The notes: generated by a model not told the origin, from the letters alone. Positions 19,821-32,344 are shown, numbered from the stretch's first letter. The stretch is 64,000 bases of DNA from an uncultured Spirochaetota bacterium (GCA_963835575.1 CAWIGG010000003.1:224001-288000), one strand, 5' to 3'. Program-made: numbers and translations.

Positions 19821-20084
19821 TCATTTTCGAAGAGCTTCTTTAAAAAAGCCTTTTTCCATTCCGCTTATTATCGTTAGCGCTTCTTCCCTGGTTTTGCCGC
19901 AGTATCTTAATTGAGGGACCAGCCTTTTACAGACATCCGGGCGTGTTTCATAAATATCGCAGAAAAAATCCCCGTCCAGATGGATGCAGCGCGTTCCAGC
20001 GGGCTTGCCTTCCGGAAGTCCGGGAATAGGCGATGTAATCGACGCGGCGATGCAGCACGCGCCGCAGTACAGTCTACATTCCAT
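19821..20084 (-). CDS. YkgJ-family cysteine-cluster protein
   Basis: CGACC...GKPAGTRCIHL...CDIYETRPDVC. Confidence 0.85.
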   Translation of the reverse strand: MECRLYCGACCIAASITSPIPGLPEGKPAGTRCIHLDGDFFCDIYETRPDVCKRLVPQLRYCGKTREEALTIISGMEKGFFKEALRK

Positions 20085-20294
20085 GGTAATATAAGTTCAT
20101 AGGGCCGCCTTATAAAATAAAAGAACCCAGCCGTTAATTATAAAGAATTGAAAAAATAAAATCTATATTATCCTATTGTAGACGCATAAAAAAGTCGTAT
20201 AATGGAGCCTTGCTCAATAAATGAATTATGGATATAATTATTAGTCAGAAGTTAAATAAAGTTGTGTAATGGATCAAGCCATAATTTAATATAT

Positions 20295-22060
20295 GGCCCT
20301 ACTGCAAAAACAATCCTACCGATTCATGTACAAAAGTTGCATAACTCGTTATAATATATGCACATGAATCAGAGAGAGGTCAAAATGTTCAAGCTGAATC
20401 AGAGACATATAGAACAGGATTTATATCCGGTAAGATATGAAATGAACCAGGAAATGAGAGAAAGTTTAAATGAAAGCTGGGCCGGGCTTTTTTACCAGAA
20501 AGTTTTCTCAAAAATAAATGAGCGGAAGTTTGCTCCACTATATGACCCAAAACTTGGTAGGAGTAATTTCCCGGTCAACATATTAGCCGGGCTGGAAATC
20601 ATGAAAGAGCTATTCTCTCTGACCGATGAACAGTTGTTTGAGCGGTATCGATATGATTTATCGTTTCGATACGCGCTGGGATTGGAAGACATCAACGCGC
20701 AGCAGATGTCGATCAGGACGTTATACTATTTTCGTGCCGCTGTGGCGGAGAATCAGGACGGGCTTTTTGACGTTATATTTGATGAGTTTCGGGATCTTTT
20801 AATTGGAGAGGTCGGGATCAAAACCGGACTGCAGAGGACAGATTCTGTAATGATTGGGGCCAATATCAAGCGGCTGAATCGGGTTATGCTGTTTCATAAA
20901 GTGTTGTCCAATATGGCGGAAGATGTTTCCAATGCTGGATTTTCCTTAAGTGAAAGATGTAAGGATTTTCTAAAACAAAATGAGGACGGATTCAGTTATC
21001 GACTGAAAAAGGAGAATTACGAATCGAAAACGGTGGAAATTGGCGAGGAAATATTCGGGCTGATTACAGAGAACGTGTTTCACAATAAAGTCAGGAAACA
21101 AAAGAGTTTCCGGCAGGCAATGAGACTTTTGCGGGAACAATGCCGGATAGAAAAAGAAGGCAAGGTGACGCTGAAGCTGCCGCGGGAAATCAAAGCCTCA
21201 TCGATGCAGTCGCCGGTGGACGAAGACGCGACCTACCGGGAGAAGCGGGGAAAACAGTATGTCGGGTATAAGGTGAACGCGGTTGAAACCTGTGACCCTC
21301 AAAATCCGATGCAGGTGATTACCAGCATAGAAACCGCATCGAATAATGCTGACGATGGGGATTTATTCCGCAGGCAACTATCTAATTTAAAAAAGGAAAC
21401 GAATATTGAAACAGCGATAAGCGATGGCGGTTATAATTCTGAAGACCTTCGGAATGAGAGCGGCGAAGACGTTCAACTGGTAATGAGCGCGATACGCGGC
21501 GTCGATCTGGAAGGGATAAAAAACAAAGCGAAACTTTCTGAGTATACAGACCCAAAAACCGGCAAATATGGGATGTGTCCGGCGGGAGAAATCCCGAATA
21601 GCATTATTGAAAATGAAGATGGTTCCGTGGTATTGAATTTTGATGTAAAAAAATGTGCCGCCTGCGATAAGAAAGAAAATTGTCTGGCCTGTGTCGGCAA
21701 GAAGCAAAGTCGGCTGGTAATAGACGCCAAAAGGGAATGGATGGATGAATTTTTGGAATTGATATGTATGGATGCAGGAAAATTTCTGATGGGACTACGC
21801 CCTGCCGTAGAAGGATTGATGAGTTTATTGAAACCAAAGTATTTGAGCGGCAGGATTTTGTTCCGTGGTCTGGTAAAAGTCAAAACCCGCATGCTTTTAA
21901 GGGGAATCGGGATTAATTTCAAGAGATATCGGGGCTATTTGGCTGATAAATCGAAGGCTGCCGCCGACATGGCCTTTGATTTCTTAATCTTTTTCCTTGT
22001 GCGGTTGAAAATTTGCCGGAATATCCCCTATGCTTGTGTTTGAATTTTTTCAGCAGGGCC
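20295..22060 (+). mobile_element. IS element (IS1182/IS5-like) with transposase 20385-22043
   Basis: TIR GGCCCTACTGCAAAAA / TTTTTTCAGCAGGGCC; DDE-type motifs RTDS, GYK, DGGY, R..VE. Confidence 0.8.
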
Positions 22061-22189
22061 ATAAATTAGCTTTCTTAGTTTTGTTAAGAGTAAATGCCGG
22101 TGGTGGAGAACTGAACTTCTTTTCCGCGAATGTGTAGAATATTGTTAAGGTAAACCGGAAATCTAAAACTTATTCATTATGCTGAAAGC

Positions 22190-22831
22190 TTAATATGAGA
22201 GTGAATAAACCACAACGTTAACGCCCATCCGTATGGCGGCTTCTCGCTTCTCGGGCGGGTCATGGTGGACTTCAGGAGCATCCCAGCCGTTCCCAATATC
22301 CGCATTATAGTCATAGAACAGAGCAATCCGGCTGTTAACAAAAAGTCCGTAGGCTTTGGGCGGACCTTCATAGTGCTCATGGATCTTGGGCAGGCCTTCA
22401 TTAAAATCATAAAATATATGGTAAACCGGGTGATCAAAAGCGATTTCCTGAAGCGGATAGTCTGGGAAGGTTTCCCTGATAGTCTTCCGGAAGGATTCAT
22501 CTAATCCGTAATCATCATTGGCAAATACAAAACCGCCGTTTAATACAAACTTACGTAGATTATTCTTTTCCTTTTCAGACAGCCTGATGGGTTCATGTCC
22601 ATTAATGAAAAGAAAATAATGCTGAAAAATCGAATCATCATCAAGGGTAAGCTCAAACACAGTTTCGTTTATATCAATACTAGTACGGTTCTTCAACTCA
22701 CTTAGAAAGCGCTTTACTTCATTCCTGGCATTGTAATAGTCTCCCCCTTTGTATTTGACAATAACAATATCAAAAGCATAGAATTGTAAAGGTATAAAAA
22801 ATAATGGAATCAAACCAAATAAAATTTTCAT
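22190..22831 (-). CDS. DUF4159-like protein
   Basis: GGFVFANDDYG, HPVYHIFYDF..GLPKIHEH, DIGNGW, MGVNVVVY. Confidence 0.8.
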   Translation of the reverse strand: MKILFGLIPLFFIPLQFYAFDIVIVKYKGGDYYNARNEVKRFLSELKNRTSIDINETVFELTLDDDSIFQHYFLFINGHEPIRLSEKEKNNLRKFVLNGGFVFANDDYGLDESFRKTIRETFPDYPLQEIAFDHPVYHIFYDFNEGLPKIHEHYEGPPKAYGLFVNSRIALFYDYNADIGNGWDAPEVHHDPPEKREAAIRMGVNVVVYSLSY

Positions 22832-23146
22832 TTCATCTCCAGAAAGCCGCCTATATTGAATATTATATCATTTCGATTATGGTTTAACAAATTTGCTTGA
22901 TAGAATTTAATTGACATGCCTAAAAAATTAATCTATACATTAAAAGTGGACTTGAAATCAATTTAAAACAAGGGGAGTAGAGATGTTTACTTGTCAGAAT
23001 TGCTTGTTTTAACAAATTGGGGTTTCCTGAAATATTCACATCTTATTTTCATGATTTTTGACAATAATTACTTAGTGAATTAGACTCTCGCCAGTTAATC
23101 GTAGTTTTCATCCGGGAAAAACCAAAATTTATTATAGGAGATACTG

Positions 23147-23740
23147 ATGTCAAAAAGTTTAGTGTTAAAGACAGCCATATTTTCCGCTGGGATAATAGCT
23201 TTCTTATCTTTCGTTGGTGTGAAAGGGTATTGTGAAAAATTGGGAAATGAGATGATAAGCATTGGTAGTTTTCCGGAAGACAGTGTTACAAACTATGCTG
23301 CTTATAATGATTTGACCCAGCAAGTAAAGGATGATCTTGCTGGAATTTGGGGATTTTTACAAGTCATGCCGGCTAAAGCCCATTTTGAAAGTAAAGGCGG
23401 TGTTTGCAAAGTCGTGTTGGATACTCCTGGTGATATTGACTGGCAGGTCCAGCTTACATATTTTCCATGCAATTTGAAAGCTGGCAAATCATATAAAGTA
23501 TCTTTTGATGTCAAAGCCGACGCAGCAAGAAAGCTTGGTTTCAAGATCGGTAAAATTTCAGGTGACTGGTTCCCTTATTCAGGGTTAAAATCTTTCGATG
23601 TGACAACGAACTGGCAGACAGTTTCTTTTGTATTCAAATCTCCTGCAACCGATGATTTCAGCAGATGGGAATTTGAATGCGCAGCAGACAAGCCTTCGTT
23701 TTATTTTAGAAACATCAGCCTGAAAACAGTACAGGAGTAA
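23147..23740 (+). CDS. Secreted carbohydrate-binding (CBM4/9-like) protein
   Basis: Signal peptide; WQVQL...LKAGKSYKVSFDVKAD...WQTVSF. Confidence 0.7.
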   Translation: MSKSLVLKTAIFSAGIIAFLSFVGVKGYCEKLGNEMISIGSFPEDSVTNYAAYNDLTQQVKDDLAGIWGFLQVMPAKAHFESKGGVCKVVLDTPGDIDWQVQLTYFPCNLKAGKSYKVSFDVKADAARKLGFKIGKISGDWFPYSGLKSFDVTTNWQTVSFVFKSPATDDFSRWEFECAADKPSFYFRNISLKTVQE

Positions 23741-23832
23741 TTGGAATAATCTTGAGAATTTTATTAGAAAACACCGGCCCAGCCATTTATATTTGGCTGG
23801 GCTTTATAAAGTATATTTTTAAACAGGAGCAA

Positions 23833-25194
23833 ATGATGAAAAAATTCATCCCGAATTTTATTATAATGGCAGTGATTGTTATCTCTTTTTCATCTGTGGG
23901 ATTTACCCAGAATAAAAATAGAAGCAAAGATAATCTTCGTTACCTTGTTCCCATATTCGATAAAATTGATGTAGAAAAAGATATATTTTATTCATCACAA
24001 AATACAAATCTCACATTAGATCTTTATTATCCTGATAAAGATACGGCAACCAACCGGGTTGCAATTATCTTAGCTCATGGCGGAGGTTATTCCTCCGGTG
24101 ACAAAACACAACTTTTCTCTCTGGCGCAAGCCCTCTCAAAACGAGGATATGTAGTCATTTGTTTCAATTACCGTTTGAATAACCAGGAATTAAGATTTGA
24201 AAAAACAATGAGAGATGTTTACGAAGATACCGAAAACACGATAATTTGGTTAAGGCAAAACAGTGAAAAATATGGGATAAATACAAATTTCATCGCCCTC
24301 GGCGGAGCTTCGGCTGGTGGAGAGATCGCCCACAATTTGCCTGATAAAAGTGGATTATTCGCAATTATCAGTATGTATGGATCATTTTCATTCCCTACGT
24401 TTAAGCTTACCCGGACTCCCACTATTCTAATTCATGGTGATAAAGATAGGACTGTTCCATACGAGACTAGTGTAAATTTTGCAAAATTATTAACAGATAA
24501 CGGTATTTTCAATGAACTATATACTTTGAAAGACATGGATCATGGAGTATTTGAAGGAAGCGGAATTGGTGAAAAAGACGATTATTTCTATAGCTCGGTT
24601 TCGCATATTTCCATGTTTTTATATAAATGCATGTACAATTACACAAATCCTGTATTTAAACCGGAAGATATTGAAATCAATGGCTTTTCTGATGAAACAA
24701 TGGTTCTAAATTTGCACCGGGATAAAAAAGAAATATCCAATAGTGGTGTAATTCATTTAAATTTAGAAAAAAATTGGAAGATAATCGGTGATACTAAATT
24801 TACCGCGGGGCAGGGAAGTATTCAAATACCGATACAAATTCCTGCTTATAAAGGGAAAACCAATATTTATCTTTTTTATCAATCTGAATATTTAGAAACG
24901 GAAAATATAAGTCCTTCAATGGTTTTAATCAAAATAAAAGATCCTGTTGCCGTCAAAATCAATCATCCTGAAATAACTTTGCAATTGGACAATCTTTCAA
25001 AAAATGAAATTACCAATAGCAAGGTTTTGATAATCAGTACTGATAATACAAATACCATAAATTTTTCATTGTCACCAGGCCAGATCTGGACATCTCCCAT
25101 ACCTGAAAATATATCAGGAAAAGTAAAAGTACAGGTTGTTCTTCAAAATGGCTGGGTTATTGATTACAAGGATTACATTGCAGCACGTAATTAA
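23833..25194 (+). CDS. Secreted alpha/beta hydrolase (esterase)
   Basis: HGGGY, GASAGG, HGDKDRTVP, H. Confidence 0.85.
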   Translation: MMKKFIPNFIIMAVIVISFSSVGFTQNKNRSKDNLRYLVPIFDKIDVEKDIFYSSQNTNLTLDLYYPDKDTATNRVAIILAHGGGYSSGDKTQLFSLAQALSKRGYVVICFNYRLNNQELRFEKTMRDVYEDTENTIIWLRQNSEKYGINTNFIALGGASAGGEIAHNLPDKSGLFAIISMYGSFSFPTFKLTRTPTILIHGDKDRTVPYETSVNFAKLLTDNGIFNELYTLKDMDHGVFEGSGIGEKDDYFYSSVSHISMFLYKCMYNYTNPVFKPEDIEINGFSDETMVLNLHRDKKEISNSGVIHLNLEKNWKIIGDTKFTAGQGSIQIPIQIPAYKGKTNIYLFYQSEYLETENISPSMVLIKIKDPVAVKINHPEITLQLDNLSKNEITNSKVLIISTDNTNTINFSLSPGQIWTSPIPENISGKVKVQVVLQNGWVIDYKDYIAARN

Positions 25195-25204
25195 CTTTAA
25201 AATA

Positions 25205-25234
25205 AGCCGCCCTGATTCTGATTGGGGCGGTTTT
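25205..25234 (+). terminator. Probable intrinsic terminator
   Basis: GCCGCCCT...GGGGCGGT followed by TTT. Confidence 0.55.
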
Positions 25235-25900
25235 ATCTGACCATAACCAAAAAGAAGGATAAAAGGAGAAATTTAATGGAACTGGTTCAAGAGCAATATA
25301 ATAATATATCATTTTACTACGAGATATTTTATTCGGGAATAGATTCAACTCAGTTTGAAAATGAATTTATAATCCAGCATAAGGAATATCTGGATAGAGT
25401 GCCAAATAATGCAAAAATTTGTGATTGCGCCTGTGGTAACGGAATTCAGGCTATAGCTTTGAAAAAACAGGGCTTTGATGTTATGGCAACTGATATTAGT
25501 GATGAAATGATAAGGTTAACTAAAAAAAAGGCAAAGGAGAACAAGTTAGATTTTCCAATAAAAAGAATGTCCTGGAAAGAACTATCAATAAACAATCCAA
25601 ACAAATTTGACGTTGTTTTCTGTTGGGGAAATTCCATTAGCAATAGTCTGTCAAAACGAGAAATGAAAGATAACCTTGAAGCAATTTATCATACAATCAG
25701 GGCAAATGGAAAATTATTTGGAAAATCCGGACGAAACATGCCGGGGTTCCGGGTGAAACATGCCACCCAATCCGTGTGAAACATGCCGGGTAATCCGGAT
25801 GAAATGTTACCACCTACCATAAGAAAAAGCGAATCAAACACGAAGAATTCCTCCGAGAATGTTAAGCTAATCCTTCTTGAAAAAATAAGAAGGAGTTGGT

Positions 25901-27457
25901 ATGCCGAACAGGAGGAAGCCTATGAAGAAAATCCGGGAAGTGATCCGGATGATCAAAGAAAACGGCCTGAGCTGCCGTGTGACATCAAAGGCCCTGGATA
26001 TTTCCAGGCCAACCGTGCAAAGATATATATCCAGGTTTGAAAAAAGCGGCCTAACCATCGCGGAAATTTATGAAATGAGCGATTCTGCTTTAATTGAAAT
26101 TTTCGAATCGATGGCAGAAGGTGACAGTCAGGAAGAAACCGAAAAGGATAATCTGTACAATGAATTCCCCGAATACAGTAAGGAACTACTGCGTACAGGC
26201 GTCAATCTGAGATTGCTTTGGGAAGAATACCTGAGAAAATATCCAGGAGGCTATCGCTATTCTCAATTCTGCTATCACTACGGCATCTGGAAAGGTTCTC
26301 TTGAAATATCCATGCACCAGGAATACAAGGCCGGAGACAAGCTTTTTGTTGATTTTACCGGCGCGAAATTTCCGATTGTAGACCGTTCCACAGGAGAAGT
26401 TATAGAGAAAGAGGTATTCGTAGCCATTCTTGGAGCAAGCCAGTATACATATGTGGAAGCGACGGATAGCCAGAAGAAAGAAGACTTAATCAGGGCTATC
26501 GAGAACGCGTTGTATTACTTCGGAGGATCACCAAGAGCCATAATACCCGATTGTTTAAAAAGCGCTGTAACGTTGGGCAATAAATATGAACCTGCAATTA
26601 ATTCTGAATTTCAGAATTTTTGCAGACATTATTCTATGTGTCCCCTCCCTGCAAGACCATATAAACCGCGAGATAAAGCACACGTTGAAAACGCCGTAAA
26701 AATCACCTACAGCTGGATATTTGCCGTTCTCAGGAATAGAGTTTTTTATACTCTGGGAGAATTGAATATTGCTATACGGGAACAATTGGGAATCTATAAT
26801 TCAAAGAAGATGCAGAAGCTCAAAGTCAGCAGGCGGGAATTTTTCGAGGAAACAGAACGGAAAGAGTTAAAACCGCTTCCGAAGGAAAGATACAGTTTTA
26901 AAAGCTTCTCAAAAGCTAAGATCCAATTCAACTATCATGTCTGTCTCAAAGAAGATTCTCATTACTACAGCGTTCCATATCGATATAGAGGCAAAATGGC
27001 AGATATTGTTACTTCCGATCGGACAGTGGAAATATTTGTTGATAATATCCGCATTGCAGCCTATCCACGGGACCGTAGAAAGCAAGTTTATACAACCACA
27101 CATGAACATATGCCGCCCCATCACAGGTGGGTCGGAGACTGGAATCCGGAGAAGTTAACACATTGGGGTAAGTCGCTTGGTCCGGATGTTGAAGAAATGA
27201 TAAAGAGAGTCCTGCAAAGCAGGGATTATCCAGAACAGGCATATAAGGTCTGTCTGGGCATCTTAAGCCTGGCCAAAAAACTCGGAAAAGAAAGGCTCGA
27301 TAAAGCCTGTAAACGGGCGCTTGATTTTCAGTATTATTCATATCAGGGAATAAAGCGGATTCTGGAGAAAGGCCTGGATAATTTTGAGGAAGAATCGGTA
27401 CTGTTTCCGGCCGTTAAGATGCATGAAAATATCCGCGGAAGAGAATATTTTGAATAG
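25901..27457 (+). CDS. istA: IstA transposase
   Basis: HTH, VDF, PDCLKSAV, KAHVENAV. Confidence 0.93.
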   Translation: MPNRRKPMKKIREVIRMIKENGLSCRVTSKALDISRPTVQRYISRFEKSGLTIAEIYEMSDSALIEIFESMAEGDSQEETEKDNLYNEFPEYSKELLRTGVNLRLLWEEYLRKYPGGYRYSQFCYHYGIWKGSLEISMHQEYKAGDKLFVDFTGAKFPIVDRSTGEVIEKEVFVAILGASQYTYVEATDSQKKEDLIRAIENALYYFGGSPRAIIPDCLKSAVTLGNKYEPAINSEFQNFCRHYSMCPLPARPYKPRDKAHVENAVKITYSWIFAVLRNRVFYTLGELNIAIREQLGIYNSKKMQKLKVSRREFFEETERKELKPLPKERYSFKSFSKAKIQFNYHVCLKEDSHYYSVPYRYRGKMADIVTSDRTVEIFVDNIRIAAYPRDRRKQVYTTTHEHMPPHHRWVGDWNPEKLTHWGKSLGPDVEEMIKRVLQSRDYPEQAYKVCLGILSLAKKLGKERLDKACKRALDFQYYSYQGIKRILEKGLDNFEEESVLFPAVKMHENIRGREYFE

Positions 27458-27469
27458 GAGGAACTGAAT

Positions 27470-28213
27470 ATGACCAATGAAGCAACTATTGAAAAAATGC
27501 AGAAGATGAAACTGCATGGGATGTCCAGGGCGTTTGAGGATATCATTGCCGGTAAAACGCCTGACGGCCTGACTGCCGATGAAACAATTGCGCATCTTGT
27601 GGATTCGGAATGGGACGAAAGGTATAATCGGAAACTGTCATCTTTAATCAAAAGAGGGCGTTTCAGATATCAGGCTGGTCTGGAGAATCTTTCTTACCGT
27701 GCGGATAGAGAACTGGATAAAAATCTGATATTGAGGCTTTCGAATTGTGATTGGATACGAAAGAAAGAAAATATGATTATTACAGGCGCTACCGGCAGCG
27801 GGAAAAGCTATCTTGCATCAGCTTTCGGTAATCAGGCTTGCCGGCAGGGCTACAGGACCCTTTATTTCAACTGTTTGAAGATTTTTACCCGGTTAAAATT
27901 CGCAAAAGCGGAAGGTAGTTACTCAAAAGAAATGAATTTTATCCAGAAGCAGGATTTATTGATACTGGATGATTTTGGTCTTGAAATTCTTGATACACCC
28001 TCAAGATTGTCTCTTCTGGAAATGCTTGAGGACCGGCATGGTAAAAACTCTACTTTGATAACTTCTCAGCTGCCGGTAAAAGATTGGTTTGAAAAAATCG
28101 GTGATCCTACGATAGCTGACGCAATCTGTGACAGGATAAATCATTCTGCTATTAAAATCGAATTGAAGGGGGTTGATTCTATGCGTAAAATTTATGCTAA
28201 AGATTCTGGATGA
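27470..28213 (+). CDS. istB: IstB AAA+ helper ATPase
   Basis: GATGSGKS, LLILDDFG, ADAICDR. Confidence 0.95.
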   Translation: MTNEATIEKMQKMKLHGMSRAFEDIIAGKTPDGLTADETIAHLVDSEWDERYNRKLSSLIKRGRFRYQAGLENLSYRADRELDKNLILRLSNCDWIRKKENMIITGATGSGKSYLASAFGNQACRQGYRTLYFNCLKIFTRLKFAKAEGSYSKEMNFIQKQDLLILDDFGLEILDTPSRLSLLEMLEDRHGKNSTLITSQLPVKDWFEKIGDPTIADAICDRINHSAIKIELKGVDSMRKIYAKDSG

Positions 28214-29102
28214 AACATGCCACCTGCCTTAAAATGTTTTGGGAATTTTAGTGTTTTGAAAAGTGGTAACATTTCGCCCGGAACCCCGGCACATTTCACC
28301 GGAATACGCAATTATTCATAGATACAAGAAATTGGGATAAATTAGTTAAAACCAAGCAGCGGTATTATACCTATGATATCAAAGAATATAATGGTAAGAA
28401 ATATATACCCTTTTATATTATGAACATTGGCGATTTTGATAAGCAATGTAATCTTGAAATGTTATTCCTTGAAATCAAAGATAATTTAAAAACAGAATGT
28501 ATCGGGTTTAAATTAGATTTTATGCCCTTTACTCATAATGATTTTAAACAGCGATTGAAAGAAGTTGGATTCAAAATATTGAAAAATAATTATAAGGATG
28601 ATGAGGATTTTTATTATCTTGTGCTTGAAAAATAGGATGTATCCTGTTAGAATTCGTTAGTTTTCACAAGTAGGTCACTTTTAACAGTGCATTAATAAAA
28701 AAGTGAAAATCCAGATAACTACACCATAGGAAAGTAAGAGAAAATTATCTTGGCTTAAAATCGATAAAATTGGAAAAATATCTTGGCTGATGACATGTGG
28801 ATTTGGAAAGCATTTTTCAGGAGAGAACTATGGGAATATTTAACAAATTATATTTCAATTTTTGTGACTATTGTAGTTGAATAAAAAAGTCGTGTAATGC
28901 TGCCATCTCAAATAAAAGATTTGTTTATGCAATTGTTAATCAAAAGTTAAATAAAGTTGTATAATGATTTAAAGAATTTTATAATCTATCGCTAAAATAC
29001 TTTAACACTTGAATAAAAAAGTTGTGTAATGATTTTTAATAAAATATTATTACAGAATAAATTTGGTCCAATATTAATATTATGTTCAGAACAATAAATA
29101 AT

Positions 29103-29300
29103 CTAATACTTATTAAAAAATAATTTTTTAAATATTTTGGTTTTTACGAATTCCTGCCCACTTTCAAGAGCTTCTTCTTCTGAATAATCCTCCATAGTAT
29201 TGGTGATTATATCTTTTTTATAAACACCCCTTTGTATCCTTTTGATAAATTGTTCGGCAGATTTTTTAACATCCGGCTTGACCAAATTTGATAATGACAT
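29103..29300 (-). CDS. Small hypothetical protein
   Basis: 65-aa ORF with AGGGGG upstream. Confidence 0.5.
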   Translation of the reverse strand: MSLSNLVKPDVKKSAEQFIKRIQRGVYKKDIITNTMEDYSEEEALESGQEFVKTKIFKKLFFNKY

Positions 29301-29341
29301 TAATTATTATCCCCCTATCTATCACTTAATATTAAATAATC

Positions 29342-30860
29342 GTAACTATCCAGCCACTAAAAAATAGTCACATGAAATATTTGCATTGAGCATGAACCAT
29401 GCTATTCTATAGCATGAATGAAGATAGAAGAGAAAAAGACTGTGCGGCCTGCTTAAAACGATTTGAAGGCATCATTGCTGATTTACAAAACCAGATAAAG
29501 GAGCAGGGTTTAATCATTCAAAGACAAGCGGAAAAGATTAAGAAATTGGAAGAACAGCTTAATAAGGACAGCCATAACAGCAATAAACCGCCGTCTTCCG
29601 ATAATCCATTCCAAAATACAGTAAAGAATTTACGGAAAAAGAGCGGTAAAAAACAAGGCGGCCAGTTTGGACATAAGGGAAATACTCTGAAGAAAGTAGA
29701 AAGCCCTGATAAGATCATAGAACATCAGGTTGAAAAATGTTCCTGTTGTGGAATTGATTTAAGTTCCGAATCAGTTAAGCGGACGGAAAGAAGGCAGGTG
29801 TTCGATATACCTCCGATAAAAGTGGAAGTTACCGAACATCGCTCGGAAGTAAAAGATTGTCCGCATTGCGGTGCGAGAGTAACGGCGGAGTTTCCGGAAG
29901 GCATAACCAATAAGGCACAGTATGGAAAAAACATTAAAGCGCATCTGGTCTATATGAAAACATATGGGTTGATACCCTATGAAAGGCTTTCGGAATACGC
30001 CGAATGTTTATTGGGAGTGCCGCTCAGCAAGGCAACGATTGAAGGATTTATCCGGGAGACCTACAATAAATTAGAAGAGTATGAACAGAAAGTCATAGAA
30101 CTGATACTAAAAGAAGTGGTTCTTCACTGTGATGAAACCGGTATTCGGATAAAAGGGTTATTAAAATGGCTCCATGTTGCCTCGAATGAACGTTTTACCT
30201 ATTATTTTTCTCATGACAAACGCGGCACAGAGGCGATGCGTGCGATGGACATTCTCACAAGATTTACCGGTATTATTATCCACGATGGATGGAAAAGTTA
30301 TCTGGAATTCTTATGCCGTCATGGATTGTGTAATGTACACCATTTGAGAGAGCTAATCTGGATACATGAGGAAATGGGTCAGGAATGGGCTAAGGAGATG
30401 GGTAATCTTCTTATAAGGATTAAGAATGATAAAGAGGCAAGTTTTCCAATACCGGCGGAAAGGATTATAGAATATGATACGGAATATGACCGGATCATCG
30501 CGAAAGGATTTGCTGTAAATCCAACGCCTGAAAAGCCGGAAGGACTTGTTAAACGCGGCAGAAAAAAGCGGGGCAAGGTTTTATGCCTATTAGACCGATT
30601 AAGAAAATATAAAGAATCTGTCCTTTTATTTATGCGGGAAAAAGATGTTCCATTCAGCAACAATTTGGCGGAACGGGATATCAGAATGATAAAAGTCCAG
30701 CAGAAAATATCAGGTACATTCAGAAGCTGGAATGGAGCGGCTGCCTTTTGCAGAATCAGGGGTTATATATCTACAGTAAAAAAGATGGGCGTCAGTGTTT
30801 ATCAAGCCCTTATTGACGCGTTGAACGGCTCCGCTATTAAATATGCGGCTGGATAGTTAC
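29342..30860 (+). mobile_element. IS66-family element with a single TnpC ORF (29399-30856)
   Basis: TIR GTAACTATCCAGCC; 8-bp TSD AAATAATC; HCDETG, CNVHHLREL, NNLAERDIR. Confidence 0.95.
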
Positions 30861-30948
30861 AAATAATCATCAATTAAAAAATTATTTTAATAATTTAAAT
30901 TTACTTGCATTTTCCCATATAGGATATACTTCATCGAAATATTTTTCA

Positions 30949-32344
30949 GAGTTATAATAGAAAGTTGTGTATAGGAATAAATATTATAAAAAAGATGGCG
31001 TACCCTCTATAATTTATTTACGACAATAAACAAAAGGAGGAATACGCCATATGCCGAAGCACAACGAAGATTTTAAGCTCTTACAGGCTTTTAATCAAGA
31101 TGAAACAGTAGAATTTTTATGTCTTGAAGAATTGGCAAGGATCGGGGCCAGGGAAATAATCAAGAAGGCTCTGGAAGATGAAATTAATGGGTTTCTTCAG
31201 GAGAGAGAGCATTTAACTATCGAAGACGGGAGAAAGGCAATAGTAAGAAATGGGTATCATAAAGCCCGTCAGATTCTCATTGGTGGAGGGGCTATTGATG
31301 TATGTATTCCGAGAACAAGGAACCGACTCGGAGGCGACAATTTTCAAAGCCTAATAGTACCGCCGTATATGAGAAAAAGCCTGAGAATTGAGGAAGCCAT
31401 TCCATTGTTGTATCTCTATGGAGTCTCAGAGATGGATATGGAGAATGCCTTGAGAGGATTGCTTGGTGAAGAAGCGAAAGGATTATCAGCCTCAAGTATA
31501 AGCAGAATGAAACAAGGATGGGGTAAAGAATATGATGAGTGGCGGACATCCGATTTAAGCGATAAAAAGTATTGCTATATATGGGTTGACGGCATTTACT
31601 TCAATGTACAGGGCAGCGAAGACCGTTTATGCACTCTTGTAATGATCGGAGCCAATGAGAATGGTGAAAAGGAGATTATTCTTGTTGAAGAAGGTTACAG
31701 AGAGAATTCCGAGACTTGGTTAGGGATATTAAGAAACCTAAAAGAAAAAGGTTTGAAAGGTCCTATTCTTTTTATCGGAGACGGAAGCCTTGGATTCTGG
31801 AAAGCAGCCAAAGAAGTATATCCTGAATCCAGATGGCAGAGATGCTGGGTTCATAAGATAAAGAACATTCTAAACAAGCTGCCCAAAGTATTACAGTCAA
31901 AGGCAAAAGAGATGCTTCATGAGATATGCAATGCTCCTGATAAGGATAATGCTATCAAAGCTTTTGAATTATTCCAGGCGGTTTTTAATCCTAAATATCC
32001 AGCAGCTGTCGAATGTTTAGAAAAGGATTGGGAGCTTATGATCGAATTTTATAACTGTCCGGCGGAACATTGGGTACATATCCGTACGACAAACGTAATA
32101 GAATCTACCTTCTCTACAGTTCGATTAAGAACTAAAAAGATGAGAGGCTGCGGAACCAGGGAAACGATTCTAATAATGGTCTATAAATTACTGGATAAGG
32201 CATCCAGGCGATGGAGAAAATTAAGAGGTTATGAAAAGATTAGCCTTGTATTGGAAGGCGCTGTTTTTGAGAACGGAGAGCTTGTAAAAAAGGCAGCATA
32301 AAAAAATGAGAGGGTATGTCATACACAACATTTGACAAAAACTC
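30949..32344 (+). mobile_element. IS256-family element, copy 1 (transposase 31051-32301), no TSD
   Basis: WVDGIY, QRCWVHK, RTTNVIES; imperfect GAGTT...GTTGTGTA ends. Confidence 0.93.

Larger units (their letters stand above)
25719..28310 (+). mobile_element. IS21-family element
   Basis: TG...CA ends, repeated GAAACATGCC sub-terminal boxes, 6-bp TSD ATTATT. Confidence 0.95.
25276..28635 (+). pseudogene. Class I SAM methyltransferase split by IS21
   Basis: DCACGNG motif; removing the IS and one ATTATT copy restores ANGKLFIDTRNWDKL through to the stop at 28635. Confidence 0.85.

Noticed and set aside
4082..28310. CRISPR-associated transposon (type I-B CAST)
   Set aside because: cas3 and the adaptation genes are intact and there is no tnsA/B/C/tniQ. 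IstAB belongs to a self-contained IS21 with its own TSD.
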